From Octopus sinensis (taxonomy: Eukaryota): a stretch of DNA of 64,000 nt. The position numbers were made by a program, and so were the translations under genes. Where the stretch lies: the NCBI RefSeq assembly GCF_006345805.1, contig NC_043007.1, forward strand, positions 27,714,001 through 27,778,000, given 5' to 3'. The notes under the pieces were generated by a model. It did not search any database, had not been told where the DNA came from, and saw only the letters and a program-made list of their open reading frames with translations. Below are positions 1-15,517 of this stretch, piece after piece. The first letter of the stretch is position 1; every line of letters starts with the position of its first letter.

Positions 1-61
<61 letters not shown>

Positions 62-103
62 TTATTATTATTATTATTACTATCATTATTAGTATCAATA
101 TTA

Positions 104-157
<54 letters not shown>

Positions 158-264
158 ATTATTATTATATATTATTATTATTATTATTACTCTCATTATT
201 TATTATTATTATATTTACTATCATTATTAGTATCAATATTATTATTTATTATTATTATTATTAC

Positions 265-307
<43 letters not shown>

Positions 308-325
308 TTGCTGTTGTTGTTATCA
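1..325. repeat. (ATT)n microsatellite with internal higher-order duplication
   Basis: Long TTA/ATT run; the variant block 'actatcattattagtatcaatattattattttatt' occurs twice (~80 and ~220). Confidence 0.95.
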
Positions 326-477
326 TATATAGAAGGTCAATACACCAGATAGTTATTATTGGTTTGAAATAGTTCTCTTGGGTTAAGCTAAAAATTTCCA
401 GCGGAAAGGCATAAATGTCACATGATCTCACGTTAAGCAGCTTTGAATTCTTTTTCTTTTCGTTTCTTCGCCCTTCT

Positions 478-768
478 CAAGCCTAGCCACGCTCATGGGC
501 GTGGTTTCCTGGTTTCTGTGGAGTATGTGTTCCCCCCAGCTGGACGGGACTCCAGTCCATCGCAGCGTTACTCAAGAAACAGGAAGAGCGAATGAGAGAA
601 ATTTGTGGCGAAAGAGTACCACAGGGGTCGCCAACACCTCCTACCGGAGCCTCGTAGATCTTCAGGTGTTTTCGTTCAATAAACAAACACAACGCCCGGT
701 CTGGGAATTGAAATCTCGAACCTTCGACTACGAGTCCGCTGCCCTAACCACTGGGCCATAGCGCCTCC
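478..768 (-). mobile_element. tRNA-derived SINE (OR1/OR2-like head family)
   Basis: Reverse strand begins ggaggcgctatggcccagtggttagggcagcggactcgtagtcgaaggttcgagatttcaattcccagacc (A/B-box-like); homologous along its length to 57231-57523. Confidence 0.85.
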
Positions 769-2433
769 ACTGCTTTGCATTCAGACAACAGAAAATAATT
801 ATGTACTATAGTGCGGTTGGAGAAATGTGTTGCTAAACAAGAGTTAAACTGGCTTAAACTACCTTCACCAGCAAGGTCCTCATTACGAATCTCAGTTTCA
901 ATTTAAAGAGGAAAGTGAAAACAAAAAGTAGGAGATATGTCATGAGCTGTCGATCAATAAATTTGCTATGTTGCTGAAAGGCGTAGTGTGTATTTCTGTG
1001 ATGAATGGGTTTACTCTGAGTCAGACACCGCTGTAGGGAGACAGACGATTTATTCTTTGTATTCAGTTAAGAGCTGGGTCTGTGGTGTTTCTTGATTGAC
1101 ATTTATAGGTGTCTGCCTTCTAGGGCATGCCATTTTCATGCTTTTCTATACTCCTTATTCTCTGTTCGCTATCGTCTCCCCACAATATTTGCCGTTTGAT
1201 TTGTTTTCCAATTTACTCCCTGTAGTAGAACATCAAGTGATATATTGATGTTTGCTGAGGTGTGATTGGAAATGTTATCGCCATTTTGTCGCTGTAAATA
1301 TATATTTATAACTATTTTCCTAAAATCTTCATAAGGCAATATTTAATGAGAAAACTGTATATTTCTAACAAGTTTTCTTGTGGGAACTTCATCGGTATCA
1401 CTTTAAAAAATTATAACACCATTGCCTTCCAAATATTTGCGGAAACTTGTTTATCATCTCAGACATTATTTCTACATTCATGGCGTTCATCACCTAACCT
1501 TATGAAGTTCCATTTCACTTGCCCAATTCAGAAATATATTTCCAATTATTTTCTTTATACGCCCGTGACCTCAATTCCGACATTGAATACGATGACAAAA
1601 ATTGTGTGGCCTTAAATATTGTAGTTTTCATTTCTTCTTCTCAACATCATATATATATATATACAACGATGTTATACGATGAGAAAATTCACGCAGATCC
1701 CATTAACCGATTTTCGACTATTTCTCATTTCACTAAGCGCGGAGTTAACTATTTTCTTCTCTGTCAATTTAACTGTTAAAATCTCTTTGTGAAAAACTTG
1801 TAGCATTCGCATATTATATGAATGGTACATTAATTTATTTGACAAATACATCACAAAGTCTCGTTGCACATATCAGGTTTTGCGTCAACGATCGACTAAT
1901 GGGTTGTTCTTTGCCATAAGGATTTTCAATTTCCCTCATAAATCTTCCGAAATCCTGTCAAACCTATCGGTCTTTTTTCCCTGTTTTCTATTTACCTGAT
2001 AAACTGTCCTTGCAGCAATGTTTCCCATTCTCGTGTCTGAACATTTTCTTTTACGTGACTTCATTCTCCGTTTCTTCTTAAATGACATTTATACCCAAAC
2101 ACATATAAGCTTAACTGCATTCGCCATTCTGTATAATACCTACAGTATATAGACATCTGTTCGTTGTATAGTTTTATTACATTGCCTTATGATTTCGTAT
2201 TACTTCCAGTATACATAATATTGTTTCATGGTTGGTGGCATAGCTTATCGCATATATTTGTTGATACCGTTATTACTTACCCTCACGTCACTTTTAATCG
2301 ACCGCATGTATGAACAAACATATTTGCTACACAATTATTCGCTCGCTTCTGTGTTTGCAGGTGATTTTATTTTCAGCCATTTTGTTACTAACAATAATAT
2401 CCGAAGCCGACTCCTCAAAGTGACGTGCAGGTT

Positions 2434-2765
2434 CAATCGTTAGCACGCTTGGCAAATTGCTAAGCGTCATTTCGTCTGCCTGTACGTTCTGAGTTCAAAT
2501 TCTGCTGAGATCGATTTTACTCTTTTCCCTATCGGGGGTGATGAAATACGTATCCTTTGAGCACGGTGGTTGATGTAATCGACTTGCTACTCCCCCCGAA
2601 ACTGCTGGGATTGTGCCAAAACTTGAAATCACTATCTCATAAAGGCGAATGTGCTGGAAGAATCATTAATATGCCAGGTAAAACGCTTAGCAACATTTCG
2701 TCCGTCTGTGCGTTCTGAGTTCAACTGCCACCGGAGTCGAGTTTGGGTTTCATCCTTCCGGGATC
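2434..2765 (+). mobile_element. Two degenerate or partial copies of the dominant tRNA-derived SINE
   Basis: cgttagcacg...atttcgtctgcc...gttctgagttcaaattc motif at ~2437-2510 and again at ~2685-2760. Confidence 0.75.
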
Positions 2766-3194
2766 TTACGTCCCCTCTCTGTTTTGAGACGGTGATATGT
2801 GATTAAAGAAGGTGTATTTGTAATTTTCGGAAGATCAACTCACTAACCATAGACGGGCTTCAATTCCTGATATTGCCAACAAATTTTATATAATATGAAT
2901 ATTCACTAAAGAGTAAAACCCTTTTCTCTCCATAAAAACAAGATCTGAACCTTTTCTCATTATTGAGATTCCCATTTGTTTATCTCTTTGATGGACTTAG
3001 AAGAATTTCAGAGGTTTATCCCAAAACTACATTGCAATAATTACCTTGTATGCCACTTTATTGTACGATTCACACATATTTCTATTACTTATCCCTCGTG
3101 AATTATATATGCATTTTTTATTAATGTGACAGCATGTTGTCAACACAAAAGGGGAAGAATGCTACTTCTATGTAGCTCCAGGAAACACCGCTTC

Positions 3195-3352
3195 TTGTTC
3201 GGCCCGACACATCTCTGGTACTTAATTTATCGACCCCGAAGGAATGAAAGGATAAGTCGACCTCGGTGGAATTCGAACTCAAAACGAAATAGAAGACGAA
3301 ATACCGCTAAACATTTCGCCCTGCGTGCTAACGTTTCTGCCAGCTCACCGCC
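3195..3352 (-). mobile_element. Dominant tRNA-derived SINE, partial
   Basis: ctggtacttaatttatcgaccccgaaggaatgaaagg...gtcgacctcggtggaattcgaactc...ctgccagctcaccgcc. Confidence 0.85.
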
Positions 3353-3889
3353 TTCGTTTATAATATTCACCAGAACGACAACAATCATTAGCAATGGACA
3401 GTTTAATTAACCCGCGATTCCGGAGCAGGTATCAATGAGAGACATGAACCAGCAGGGAAGACTTGAAATGTTTGCTTGGCTTGCGATTAAATGCAACAAA
3501 ATATGTTTCACATTGCAAGTGTAAATAAAGACATTTTAAATAATGGAATCTGAGATAAGTTGTCTACAATCGAGCAGATATTTCATAGCTTTCATCAATC
3601 AACGCTTTCCCGAGGCCAGTCATTTAGCATCATGTCTTGATGGTCACCATGTATGTCAGCTCACGTGGTCGAAATTCACAACCGTCGTTAAAACTATAAT
3701 TCATCTGAATTTGATGGGAACTATTTTAAGATTTATTTAAGATTCTACAGGTGAAATGATCGATGCCAAACAGATTCTTCATAAGTAGTACGTAGTTCAT
3801 AGGAGATAACTATGCGATGAAGAACCGCATCATATAAATTCCAATTCTGTCACTTGCTTTAATGAACTGCAGCAGGAGGAGAGGGTTTT

Positions 3890-4350
3890 GTGTGCAATGA
3901 AGTCATACATATCCAATGTGGTTTCCATCGATGGAAGCAGTCCTGAAAATTCTTTCTGGGGACAGCGAGAAGCTACCTCATCGCATTCTCTTGGACTTCC
4001 TCGACGTCTTAAAATCTTGCTCATTTCAAGTTGGGTATGATTTTTGCTTTCATTTCTGGGTCATATCCATAGTTCCACGATATGTAGGTCTATGTCTATG
4101 ACATTATGAATATGTTCTCGTCTTCCTGGACAGAATGAAGTGCTCAGCCGGAAGCACTCTTCTTTTTGAGACGACCAGACTCAACACATTTTACTTCAAA
4201 CCATTGCTATAACCAATAAAAGTGAGAGAGAAGGTTATAACTTAGTGCGTCAGACTTCAAGAACAATCTGTGTCAAGTGGCCTCATTCCTCCGCTCGCTT
4301 TCGCTCCGTTACCATCGCAACAGTCCCGATATCTATTGATCAGATGTGGC
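3890..4350 (-). mobile_element. Internally deleted mariner/Tc1 transposon remnant
   Basis: Minus-strand translation gives WNYGYDPEMK joined to PNLK*ARF*DVEEVQENAMR*LLAVPRKNFQDCFHRWK (mariner YDPE and C-terminal motifs). The 5' end tctgatcaatagatatcgggactgttgcgat resembles the TIR of the 33427-34294 mariner. Confidence 0.75.
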
Positions 4351-7300
4351 ATGAACTTTAAAAATATTTATGTTCTTTACAACGTAATATAGACTTCGTA
4401 ATTCATGTATATTTTGGATTTGTTAATCTCCTCCCAGAAACATAGTCACGCAAAATGTTCATGACCATTCGTCATTGGTTAATCAGCTAATATACTTGAA
4501 TTCTTTTTGTTTTTGTTTAATTTTGCTGCTTATGCAGCAAGCATATTAGCGTTCTCCTAACATATATAATATGCAAGCAGTAGTGCAGAGAACTTCTGTA
4601 TTCATTATTTCCTAAATAAAACACAATATAATGAATTCATTCACATTCGATAAAATGATGTAAAGAGTCACATACACACTTTAGTTCACCCAGTTTTTTT
4701 TTTGTCTCGAAATTATTGCAGCCTTGCCATTCATAAGAAAATCCAATTTGAACTTCATAGCAATGCGCAAAAATAAGAGAAAATAATAATAAAGATATAT
4801 AGAAGTTAAACACGCACACCTTTTACAAAACACCTTCCTAATATATATGTAATTAAGCTAAATGAATATTGTTCGTAATCCAAGGATTTTTCTAAGGAAT
4901 ATGAGAATATTTCGAGGTATGCATAATCGTAATTGCATTTTTGTGTCCGCTGCTATAAGAATATTTTTCTCAGGAAAGAACAATCTTCAGTCTTCTTGAG
5001 ATGATGTATTACTCTGAAAAAAGAGATAAATGCAAGCAATTAACACGAGTTATACTAATCCGTTTTAATCGTTTATAATATCTGCTAATTAATGATAACC
5101 TGCTTTTATAAGGTCGTTAGGTCACAGTCCTAGAGTCGATAAACCAGGAGTCACTATTAAACGACAATGTCCATCTTTAGATGAACTGCTAATTTAGAAT
5201 TCAGAATTTTGCCTATCACTATTGTATCTTCAATCCACATCATCGAATCAAACCAATGAAACAGTCTAAACATAGTGGTTCTAAATGCCAGAGAAAATAT
5301 CAGACAAATTCACGCAAATATATGCACAGATTAAAATACAGTGATATGAGAATAAGGTCTTTAATTACAGGGCCTGTGAATCATTTGTGACGGACAAAAT
5401 AGCAATAACCAGAGAGCTTCAAAAACACCATTTTATTAACAAATAAGAATTCAGTGTGCAATATGCTGACGTTTATTTTTATTGAACAAAATGGTGACTA
5501 CTGATATAATACACAACAGATTGTAGTAGGACGGCCATTTTGTTTTTGTCTTGCTTTATCTCTCTTCGCTGCAGTCTCACAATTCGTGTTTTATATGATC
5601 AAAATACTGTTCCAATCACCGTTTCGATTCACCAAATATTGCCGCCCTGCTACTACTAGATGGATCACAATGTCGCCATTTGAACTGAGAACCCAAAGAG
5701 GTGGAATGGATATCGCAAAAATTTAGATCCTACGTTATAACAACCAGGCTAATTACCCACCTCTGAAATGATACTTTCTGTTGTAACTCCCTGAAATATA
5801 GGAGCAAAATTGACAGCGACAAGATTCGAAATCTATTACTGGATCAAATACCGATGCGTCAAATCACTGCTTTGCAATAAAATGGCGATTATCATAGTTA
5901 ATTCTTTCCTTAAAGTAACTGTCGTAATCGAAATCCCAGTAGTTAAAAAGTGATATATAGAAAATCCTAGAATTAGTACAAGAATTTTCAATCATTTTGC
6001 GGAATATCTTTTTAAATGCGTTTTTGTTTTAACGTGTTTTAAAGGAATATGGCAATAAAAAGACGCTGGGCACGTGCTTACAATGGACAAGCTTATTATG
6101 GAACATTATCCTGCACAGAAGTGTCCAAAACAATAGAGGCCATGTATATATTTTTGCTGCTTTCTAAGGATATTTGATTATCGACGTTCCTTGTGTGGTC
6201 ATGACTATCTCGGTATAATATCAGCTGTTTTAAAATTTGCACATTGCAATTCGATCTTTCTGCAATAGGTGAATTATAGGAAAAATTGTTCTATGGTTGG
6301 GTCGAATCATTAGATTCGCTCACGGTGTGAAAGTATCATTAATTTCTAGCAGTATATGATTGTCTGCCGTTGCATATAGTAAAGCTGTACTACTGTCACG
6401 GGCGATGGGGAGTTCTTGGTTCCAAGGAGACGATGGTAATTACAAAACGAATGGTGGCAAGCGTAGTGTCCTCGACTTCTTAAATATATATAATAATAGT
6501 GAGCCCTCCGACTCGCGGAGCTAATATATAGCCTACGGCTTTTTGCCTTTGCCGTTCTTTTCACTCCATACTACACGTGATTAAGCAGACATAAAGACTC
6601 AGTTATTTGATGTTTTCATTCGTCTTCTAAGCTTCAGAGTATTTGAGTGAGACTTAGCCGATAATTTAGTAGTTTTCAGAGAGCGTTATCTCTGGCCTTT
6701 TGTGCAGTATTGATGTGTTAGGTTTACATGTCTAGTATCTTACCGTCCGAGATATTAATTCCGTTGAAAATTTCATTATGGAAGTGTGTATGGAAATGAC
6801 TGTTAGTTGTAACCCAGAGATAATTAGAGAAGAACGCACGCAGATATGGACAGCAGCTGAGATACGAGATTGGTTTTTCTTTTGTTGGACTCATGACCAT
6901 TATATGGAAAATAAGAAGAAAATATTATATACATCTTCTCATTAGCAAGAATAATAAGAAACTAAACCCCACCTTCCATAAAACGGAGACGGTGACAGGT
7001 AAGGCTGGGGAATTTTTCTTAACAGAAGTAATATACATATACATACACACACGCCCATACACACATACATGAAGGCACACTCAGATATGCTCTGCGATCG
7101 TTTCGACATCTGTGCATGTGTTCAGGTAAATGTCGATTTGATCCTTATATAGAAAAAAAACTCGTATGCGGTTGTTCGGTGAGAAACTGTTGAGGCCTCA
7201 TACACCGTCTAACGAAGGGAGAGTATGTTGTATGTAATACATATACATACACACATACATATATATGTATATACATATAAAATACATATATATACATACA

Positions 7301-7357
7301 TATATATGTATATATTTACATACATGTATATATATATATATATGTATATATATGTAT

Positions 7358-7390
<33 letters not shown>

Positions 7391-7396
7391 GGTAAT

Positions 7397-7440
<44 letters not shown>

Positions 7441-7451
<11 letters not shown>

Positions 7452-7951
7452 GGCAGTTGTGTCTGTCTGTGTGTATGTGTGTCTGTCAGGTTGTACCCTT
7501 ACCCTGACCACGGCTTTCAACCGATTCTGTTGAAACTTGACACACACATAGCCCAATGTCATAATTCAAAACTAACGCAGCGAAAATTTTGAAAAGTTCC
7601 CCCAGTTCTGAAAAAAATCGATAAATTCGACATGGGGTCGAGAATCTAATGCAACACATTTTCTGTTGTAGTTTTCGCAACTTGCAATCGATTTTCACCA
7701 AACTCATGGTAAAACTTAATGTTACCCCAAGAAACTTAATTCTAACGTTAGTTTTCCATGCAATACCTTACCATCAGAAAAATCGATAAAATCATGCCAT
7801 TCTGGGAAATCGCGTTCAAATTCAAGATAATATCTTTCGATAATATCTTTCACAAATTGGCAGGAAATTAGAGGGAAAGGACAAGATTGGGATTAGTCGT
7901 TGCCTACTAGGGGCTCTTACATACCCGGGCAACGCCGGGCTATGCTGCTAG
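7441..7951 (+). mobile_element. Non-autonomous Helitron-like element
   Basis: 3' hairpin cccgg-gcaacg-ccggg (7924-7939) followed by CTAG (7948-7951); 5' tatataaacggcagttg. Shares 'ttcaaccgattct..tgaaacttgacacacac' with 28863-29208. Confidence 0.8.
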
Positions 7952-8010
7952 TATATATATATATATATATATATAGATATGCATACATACATATATATAT
8001 TTATGTACGT

Positions 8011-8053
<43 letters not shown>

Positions 8054-8112
8054 CAGCTTAGAGCTGCGGCCATGCTTATGCACCGCCGTATATATATATA
8101 TAATATATATAA

Positions 8113-8154
<42 letters not shown>

Positions 8155-8189
8155 TTATATATATACACACACGCACACACATTCGGTCA

Positions 8190-8476
8190 TGAATGGACTA
8201 TGGGATTGCACCTAGTAAGTTACTTTCGACCAGCAGCCACCCATGCACACCGGCCTCCCTTCTCCACACCACCGATGTTATCAAAGGGGGGGGGGTGCAA
8301 AGAGACCGATACAGTTTGGCACCTGTGGCGTCGCAACTCATTTCTACAGCTGAGTTAACTTGAGCAACGTGAAATAAAGTGTCTTGCTCAAAAACACAAC
8401 ACACAGCCCTGTACGGGATTCGACCTTACAACCTCGCGATCGTAAGCTCGACGCTCTAAACACTGAGCCATGCGCC

Positions 8477-8478
<2 letters not shown>
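8190..8478 (-). mobile_element. tRNA-derived CORE-like SINE
   Basis: Reverse strand gcgcatggctcagtgtttagagcgtcgagcttacgatcgcgaggttgtaaggtcgaatcccg (tRNA-like), then ttgagcaagacactttatttcacgttgctc (CORE-like). Confidence 0.8.
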
Positions 8479-8522
<44 letters not shown>

Positions 8523-8806
8523 AATATATGAGCATATATATATATATAAATATTACAGAGATGTACTTGCATAGCGAATGACTTAATCTGAGATCGTGTG
8601 CTGGAACGAAAACTGTTTATAAGCCATTTAAGAGATGCAGTTTATAATCCATCTCAGAGATGCAGCACGAAGTTTTGTCAGTGAACAGGTAGTGGTCTGA
8701 AAGCGACGAAAATATTTTGACAAATTAAATTTTAATGTTGGAGTGAATCTAACGGTTTGGTGTGTTTCGTAAATGGCTTATAAAACACCTTCCATGCTGC
8801 AATTGT

Positions 8807-8837
<31 letters not shown>

Positions 8838-9499
8838 TATATATATTATATATTATATATGTATATATCATATACACCGTGTATCAAGGTATATGTCAGT
8901 GTGTATTTGCGTTTCTGTGTGCGTGTATGTGTCTATGTTCTGAGCTAGTTATTGTAAACTAAGTGGTTAGTTAGTAACCTTGTGTTCTGAGACGGTTATG
9001 TCGGGAAGAATAGAAACTGTACACAACAAAGAAGAGAAAGGTATGAAGGGTATCGATGGGGGGAGCATAGTAACTTTGGCAATGGTCGTGTAAATACAAT
9101 TTCAGCGCTAATAGGAATTGCAAATATGGTTTTCAGTGATGCAACAATAATGATCGTTATAAAGAGTAGGGAAATTTAAATCGACAGTGATTGCGATCGA
9201 GAAAGTGCGTTAAATATAATTTAAAATTTTCCCCACCATCACTGGTTTTATGGCATTACATAGATTTCAGATAAATTTTCCCAGAAGCTGGACGGCTATG
9301 TATTTCGTACAATTGATATAACCAAATGAATTACTGCTTATTCTAAATATTCAGGTCACCTGGGTTGTGTACAATTAATTTCGCTGCCCAATTACGACAC
9401 CAAATAGCGATAATAAATTTGAATTCAAGCTGGGAGTATAGGATCGCATGAAGCGAACAAACATTGTTGCTTTCTCTTCAGCTACGTTACCCTCATCCA

Positions 9500-9532
<33 letters not shown>

Positions 9533-9597
9533 TTCTTCTTCTTCTTCTTCTTCTTCTTCTTCTTCTTCTTCTTCTTCTTCTTCTTCTTCTCCTTCTT
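9500..9597. repeat. (CTT)n microsatellite
   Basis: Pure CTT run; it explains the poly-Leu ORF at 9448-9648. Confidence 0.95.
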
Positions 9598-9815
9598 CTC
9601 TATCTCTCTCTCTCTCTATCTATCTATCTCATATGCATGATTATATGAATGTACATATATATATATATATATACATACACACATTTATATATATAAATTT
9701 TTCGACATATACATATATATTACATATATATAGATATATATATTTATTATACATATATATATATATATAAATATCTATATATATATGTGTATGTGTGTAA
9801 ACATAAAATACATAC

Positions 9816-9849
<34 letters not shown>

Positions 9850-9853
<4 letters not shown>

Positions 9854-11902
9854 AGTTTAATTCATTCCATGATGGAGCTCGTCTTACGCTTTACTCGTTT
9901 TTCAAATCAGTTTTGAAATTAACTAAAATATAACTAATCCATTCCAGCCTACCCCACAAACAGCAAAGCTTTATTTACAAATACAATGACAATTGTATAA
10001 GAGAGAATTTAAAAGAAATATGTAAGCTGATTTTATTAACTGAATTACCTTAAAGATGAGCCGAGTAGTGCGCGAGGAAGATAATAGAGCAGGGGGGAGG
10101 AGGATTACTGTTTGGAAAGAGTATTTCTTCTTCTAGTAAGGTATTAATAAGAACAATTTCTAGAGTTTTCTCTCTCTTTTCGCTTAAATTAGACTTTTTG
10201 GACATGAAATTTCATTCTAGACATACCAAGAGAAGTCTGATTTTTCCTGCCATTTCAAAATGTTACGAAAATACGCCAGAGCAGTGTCATTGAAGAAACA
10301 GCTACACGACCTGTAGCTATTTTATCAGGATGATATTTTTCTAAAACTTCAGGAATACACTGCCACTTTGACAACACTGCTTCTATGTCACTCGTATAGA
10401 TAGTATTGTCCGTTTCCTTGTCCTCTGCTACACTGTCAGACCACGCCGATGATTTTCAGGCAGTTAACAATGTTTTTGCGCTCCTTTCAAAACTCACGAA
10501 GGTTTAGATTTGTATTTTCAGCAAATTCACGAAACAGGTGTTTGGTCTACAATTGTTTTAAATTTGAAATCACCTGTTGGTTCATGGGCTGCAAGATAGG
10601 GGTGCTAAATAAAGGTACAGAACTTTTATAAATTTAAATTCGTCCAGGATATCGTCTTCGAGGTCAGGAGCGTGAGCAGGAGCATTATTGAGGATGAGGA
10701 GGGCATGGAGAAGAAGATTGCTCTCCAGAATATATTTTCTCACTGCTGGTCCGAAGAGAAGGCTGACCCACTTGGAGAATAATTGCCTGGTGACACAGGC
10801 TTTAAGGTTTGACCTCCATATGATTTACGGCTTCTCCTTCAGCATTTTGTGCCACTTGAAACTCGTAGTTTTTTTCGGAATGGTAGACTAAGAGCAGCTT
10901 AATCTTCAAGTCTTCACTCGCATTGGCACAACGGGCGAGAGTTAGCCTATCTTTCATAGGCTTGTGGCCTGGCATTTTCTTCTCCTCTGCAATTATGTAG
11001 GTTCTTCTGGGCAATTTGTTTTCCAAAATCGTGTAGTTTCATCAAAATTGAATAGCCCTCGGATGCGATGAGCTGACGGAATTGACGCACGAAACCATTA
11101 GCCACCTTCGTCTTAGAACTCGCTGCTCCTCCATTCATGACGAGGGTATGAACACCAGTCCAACAGTCTTCCTCTTGAAATTATCAAACCAACCGCGGCT
11201 GGCCTGAAATATGACTACTGATGTCTCCTCCGTCGATGTACCAGAGCATTGTTTCAAGAGATCCCCATACAGCGCACGTGCTTTTTCGTAGATGATGGTC
11301 TGTGTAATCGTATCCCTGCGAGTTGCTTCTCGTTGATTCACAGGTGAAGCAATGTTTCCATCCCTTCGCGGACAGATGTGCTTTGCTTAGAGAATCTGGA
11401 GACAGCCTTTGCTGCAGCAACAGCCTTGATCTCGTCCATTTTATACAGGATGTTACAGATCGTTGACATGCTTCGGTCGTATTGACGTCCTATGTGCACT
11501 ACACGCACTCCTCTCTCATGTTTATCAATGATCTCCTTCTTAATTTCTATCGTAATCAGTTTTTTTTTTCTCAGCGCTGCTCTTTGCACTAACATTCTTT
11601 GGACCCATAGCTGTCACAACTATTTATTATAAAACAATAGCAAAAAAAACGCACGTAACTAGACAAATACATTAGGGTGAACACAACAGGGATGGCTGGC
11701 ACAACGAGATGCGGGAACTGAGCGAGCAAAGACTGCGCCCTTTGGGAGAGTGTGAGCGTGCTCAGCGTCGACTAGCGGTCGCTTGTATAAAACTCCCTCG
11801 TACTGCGGATTTCGGTAGGTACCTCAAGACAAAAGTTCGCACGCGCATCGGCACGCGCAGATTACACGTACGAAGATTCTCTCATACTGCGACGTACTAC
11901 TG
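9850..11902 (-). mobile_element. Tigger/pogo-family DNA transposon, near full length, decayed
   Basis: Tigger-type 5' end cagtagtacgtcg at 11902. The region ~9850-9960 looks like a Tigger 3' end (ttcattcc..gagctcgt..aatccattccagcc). A transposase pseudogene lies in between. Confidence 0.85.
10215..11608 (-). pseudogene. TIGD1/Tigger-like transposase (CENP-B HTH plus DDE), frameshifted
   Basis: Consecutive frames give MGPKNVSAK..ITIEIKKEIIDKHERG..STICNIL (HTH), EKARALY..FQASRGWFDNFKRK (CENP-B HTH), RRTYIIAEEKKMPGHKPMKDRLTL..CANASEDLKIK and ILQPMNQQVISNFKQLY (DDE), and FRNILK near the C-terminus. Confidence 0.9.
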
Positions 11903-11904
11903 TG

Positions 11905-11935
<31 letters not shown>

Positions 11936-12333
11936 AGGCATGCATACGCACACGCACACACATATATATTCTTCTTCTTAATACATTTTGCACCATGTGG
12001 AGCAAAATTTAAAATATTAGAATATAAAGGTGCTTATGAATTTACATTTGACTTGATGAAGGCTGAAATCTGTATGTATAAATATAGGGAAAGAAACCGT
12101 TGGAAAAAAGGAGATGCGACAGAAAGGAATACCATAGAAATCAATTGGAAACAAAATTGTTTAAACATACAAGGAAGTTGTAATTGAAGGTTCAATATTA
12201 AATAAAGTGAAACTCTATGGGGGAGAAATATAGAAGAGCTGGTGAGAATTTTTTTTACCATCTGTTGATTATGTCTGTCTGTCTTTGCTTATATATGTTT
12301 ATGTATGTATATATTATATGTATATATTATATG

Positions 12334-12385
<52 letters not shown>

Positions 12386-12658
12386 AGAGAAAGAAAGTGA
12401 GAGTGATATATATATAGAGAGAGAGAGAAATGTAATATCATATACATATATACGTACATACATATATATATTATATATATATGTGTGTGTACATATACAC
12501 GCACACACCCATACACACACACATATATTATACATGTGTGTGTGTGTGTATGTAATGTCTGCGTGTGTGTGTGTGTCTATGATGTAGATATGTATGTATA
12601 TAGGGAAATATTAATAAGGAGTGAAACATGCTAATTTTTTATACAATATATATTATAT

Positions 12659-12701
<43 letters not shown>

Positions 12702-13142
12702 ACTAGATCAAAATATATATTTTTTTTGTCCTAAACTCTTTCATGTAACATTTTACTCTAAAAGTATTTGTATACGGTTCCAGCAGCTGAATTTTACTCA
12801 AACAACACCAATATATTGGACAGTGAAACATCACATAATATTGTTATGTTTATATGCATAAAAAAATATATTGATTAAATATTAATGCTAACTGTAGGCC
12901 AAAGTAGTTTTATAAAACAAAAGTATCATATTTTCTAAAAAAAAGAAACGAAAACAAATCATGTTGCACTGACCGGGGCCGGTTTTGGCTGCCACTTGTC
13001 ACCTCAAAATTTAAATTGTGTTTTATTTAAGATGTGCATTTTAAAATCATGTGCTGGTGACGTCATCATATAAATTCATATACATATGAATAGGTGCGAG
13101 GATAGCTGTGCGGTAATATTAATTCAACATAGAGATACAGTA

Positions 13143-13802
13143 ACTAACGCCACATGGAACAGTGTATTATATAACGTGATCTCCTAGAAATAAGAGCCAA
13201 ATCATTCTCAAAATTTACACCACAGCCTCTTTGAAAGAAACAAGCGCCCGTTCATGGGTAAACTAAGAGTGAATCGTAATAATCCTTTCTACTGTAGGCA
13301 CCAGGCCTTAAATTTACGAGGAGTCGTCTAGTCGATTAGATCGACCCCAGTACGCAAATGGTAGAAACGTTGCCGAGGTCGACTTTGCCCTTCATCCTTT
13401 CGGGGTCGATAAATTAAGTACCAGTTACACACTGGGGTCGATATAATCGACTTAATACCTATGTGTGTTCTTGTTTGTCCCACTTGTGGGTAATAAAGAA
13501 ATAGGTACTGAATTTATCGAACTCGAAATATGAAAGGCAAAGTCGGTCACGGCAGAATTTGAACTCAGAACGCAGAGTCGGACGAAATAACACTAAGCAT
13601 TTTGCTCGGCGTGCTAACGATTCTGCCAAACCCCTACCTTCAACGTAGAAAGACAAAAGGCACTAACGCCACATGGAACACTGTATTATATAATGTGATC
13701 TCCTAGAAATAAGAGTCAAGTCATACTCAAAATTTACACCACAGTCTGTTTGAAAGAAACAGGCGCCCGTTCATGGGGAAACTAAATGTGAAGTGTAATA
13801 AT
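13143..13802 (+). repeat. ~140-bp diverged direct repeats (13143-13283 and 13662-13802) around SINE fragments
   Basis: actaacgccacatggaaca..gtattatataa.gtgatctcctagaaataagag..aaaatttacaccacag..gaaagaaaca.gcgcccgttcatggg occurs twice; rearranged SINE pieces lie at 13285-13630. Confidence 0.85.
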
Positions 13803-14079
13803 AACGACTGGTGCTTGATGAGCTGGAGTTGAGAAATATATCGATAGAAGACTATCCGGTAATTTGGTGATTAACATATCAGAAATTAATTCGAGGTATA
13901 CGAAGTATTATGATTAACTGCCGTAATGAATGACTTTGCTAATTATAATAATGGGGGTGATGCTCATATTGATTGTATGGTTAATGGCCGCGATGATTAG
14001 TCGAAGAGTGTGTGTGCAGAAAAGGGGTGAAGCGGAGGAGACGGTGGCAAAGACGATGAGGATGGCATTGTTGTTGCTG

Positions 14080-15290
<1,211 letters not shown>

Positions 15291-15465
15291 AAGTCAAAGA
15301 TAAGCAAAAAAGTCAACATGTGATCCTACGTACAGAAGTCTAAATAAATGAGACATATATATATATATACACATACACACACACACACATATATAGAGAG
15401 AGATATATACACTCACACAGCCATAGACGCATACACACATGTATGAATATTATGTGTATATCATA

Positions 15466-15514
<49 letters not shown>

Positions 15515-15517
<3 letters not shown>

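Noticed and set aside
900-2330. Possible very old LINE remnant on the minus strand
   Set aside because: No RT or endonuclease motif could be read convincingly.
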